A stretch of 64,000 nt of DNA from Desulfobacterales bacterium (GTDB taxonomy: Bacteria > Desulfobacterota > Desulfobacteria > Desulfobacterales > SpSt-501), in assembly GCA_037481615.1 (NCBI GenBank), contig JBBFLI010000014.1; one strand, given 5' to 3'. The notes below the pieces were generated by a model. That model was not told the origin of the DNA, ran no database searches, and worked only from the letters and a program-made list of their open reading frames with translations. A program made the position numbers and the translations under genes. Shown piece by piece: positions 62,921 to 64,000 of the stretch (position 1 is the first letter of the stretch; each line of letters opens with the position of its first letter).

Positions 62921-64000
62921 CTACCCGACCACGAGCCGGCCCAGCCACAGGGTCGCCCAGGGGACGTAGGTGACCAGCAGGAGCATGGCCATGTCGACGA
63001 GAAAGAAGGGGAGCATCCCCTTGCTGATCTCCTCGATCCTCAACCCGCTGATGGCCGAGCCGACAAAGAGGGAATAGCCGAACGGCGGGGTCTCCATGCC
63101 CACGGCGAAATTGATGACCACGATGGCGCCCAGCTGAACCGGGTCCAGTCCCATCTGCTGGCCGAGCTTCAGCAGCAGCCCGCCCAGGATGATCATGCAG
63201 GCCAGGTTGTCCATGAAGGCGCCCAGGAGCAGGAGCACCGCGTTGAGCATGAGCAGGATGAGCAGGCGGTTGTCGGAGAGCGAGAGAATCAAGGCCACGA
63301 TCCGGTCCGGCACCTGCTCGTAGGCCAGCAGCCAGCCGAAAAGCGAGGCCACGGCGATGATGAACATGACGATGGCGGTGGTCTTCATGGACTTGAGCAC
63401 CAACGCCGCAAGCCCCCGGGCCTCGAGCCCCCGGTAAATGAACAAGCCCACCACCAGCCCGTAGATCACGGCCACGATGGACGCCTCGGTGGGGGTGAAG
63501 ATTCCGCCGTAGATGCCGCCCAGGATCAGGACCGGCGCGAAGAGGGCCCACTTGCCGCGGCCGATCGCTTGAAGGAGCTCGGCGAGGGTGGCCCGGGGCA
63601 GGGTGGGCAGGTTGCCCGCCCGGGCCGACAGGTAGCAGGCCCCCATGTAGCCCATCCCGCAGAACACCCCCGGGATCACTCCGGCCAAAAAGAGCCGCGT
63701 GATGGAGGTCTCGGAGATCACTCCCCAGACGATGAAGGGGATGGAGGGGGGGATGATCTGGCCGATGGGCCCCACGCAGACGGCCAGCGCGGTGGCGAAG
63801 CGCTTGCTGTAGCCGCGCCGGGTCATCTCCGGGATCATGATGGATCCCACGGTGGCGGTCGTGGCCGGGGCCGAGCCGGAGATGCAGGCGAAGAACATGG
63901 AAGCCAGCACGGAAACCATGCCCAGGCCTCCCCTGACATGGCGCACGAGGGGCTCGGCCACCTGCACCAGGCGGGTGGAGAGGCCGCCCCGGGTCATCAG
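62921..64000 (-). CDS. dctM: TRAP transporter large permease (DctM family), C-terminal part; the gene continues past the window end
   Basis: Multi-TM. ...FFACISGSAPATTATVGSIMIPEM...FMDNLACMIILGGLLL...FAVGMETPPFGYSLFV is typical DctM. The frame stays open to 64000. Confidence 0.9.
   Translation of the reverse strand: MMTRGGLSTRLVQVAEPLVRHVRGGLGMVSVLASMFFACISGSAPATTATVGSIMIPEMTRRGYSKRFATALAVCVGPIGQIIPPSIPFIVWGVISETSITRLFLAGVIPGVFCGMGYMGACYLSARAGNLPTLPRATLAELLQAIGRGKWALFAPVLILGGIYGGIFTPTEASIVAVIYGLVVGLFIYRGLEARGLAALVLKSMKTTAIVMFIIAVASLFGWLLAYEQVPDRIVALILSLSDNRLLILLMLNAVLLLLGAFMDNLACMIILGGLLLKLGQQMGLDPVQLGAIVVINFAVGMETPPFGYSLFVGSAISGLRIEEISKGMLPFFLVDMAMLLLVTYVPWATLWLGRLVVG

Overview
This is a high-G+C chromosomal segment, roughly two-thirds G+C by eye (not computed). 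Its gene content points to a sulfate-reducing bacterium of the deltaproteobacterial type (Desulfobacterota/Thermodesulfobacteriota-like); that taxonomic call is inference. All identifications come from reading the six-frame translations and the DNA directly. No database search was run.

Content, left to right:
1. Translation and housekeeping block on the minus strand: nusA (partial), rimP, tRNA-Gly, a MerR-like regulator, pheT, pheS, rplT, rpmI, infC.
2. A deaminase paired with a Cys-cluster protein. Divergent from it are a dGTPase-like gene, three YkgJ-type cysteine-cluster paralogs and an SDR.
3. The complete dissimilatory sulfate activation/reduction module aprBA | qmoABC | sat plus a small coupled ORF, with intrinsic terminators between the sub-units.
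4. A lipoprotein, two tRNA-Ser genes and a very acidic protein.
5. A periplasmic [NiFe] hydrogenase hynBA, a strong terminator, then the maturation genes (endopeptidase, hypC, hypF, hypD, hypE), followed by apbE, rimO, a polyprenyl synthase, pgsA and tRNA-Val.
6. Small membrane, GNAT and EamA genes, plus an orphan Tat-FeS/cytochrome-b-like pair.
7. An ACT protein, a Tim44-like protein, coaBC and coaX.
8. An expanded nickel ECF-transporter operon: nikK, porin, nikM, nikL, DUF3842, cooT, nikQ, nikO. It has a promoter and a terminator-containing leader.
9. A SPOR protein, gatC, gatA, a small ORF, mutL, an outer-membrane porin, an FG-GAP protein, gatB, a GSCFA protein, two glycosyltransferases, and a partial TRAP dctM.

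I saw no rRNA, CRISPR array, transposase, integrase or obvious prophage. Most long ORFs in the track that lie antisense to these genes are high-GC shadow frames.

The most interesting candidate is the nickel operon. It has two non-canonical insertions and a riboswitch/attenuator-like leader. Next are the sat-coupled small ORF and the YkgJ paralog cluster beside aprBA.
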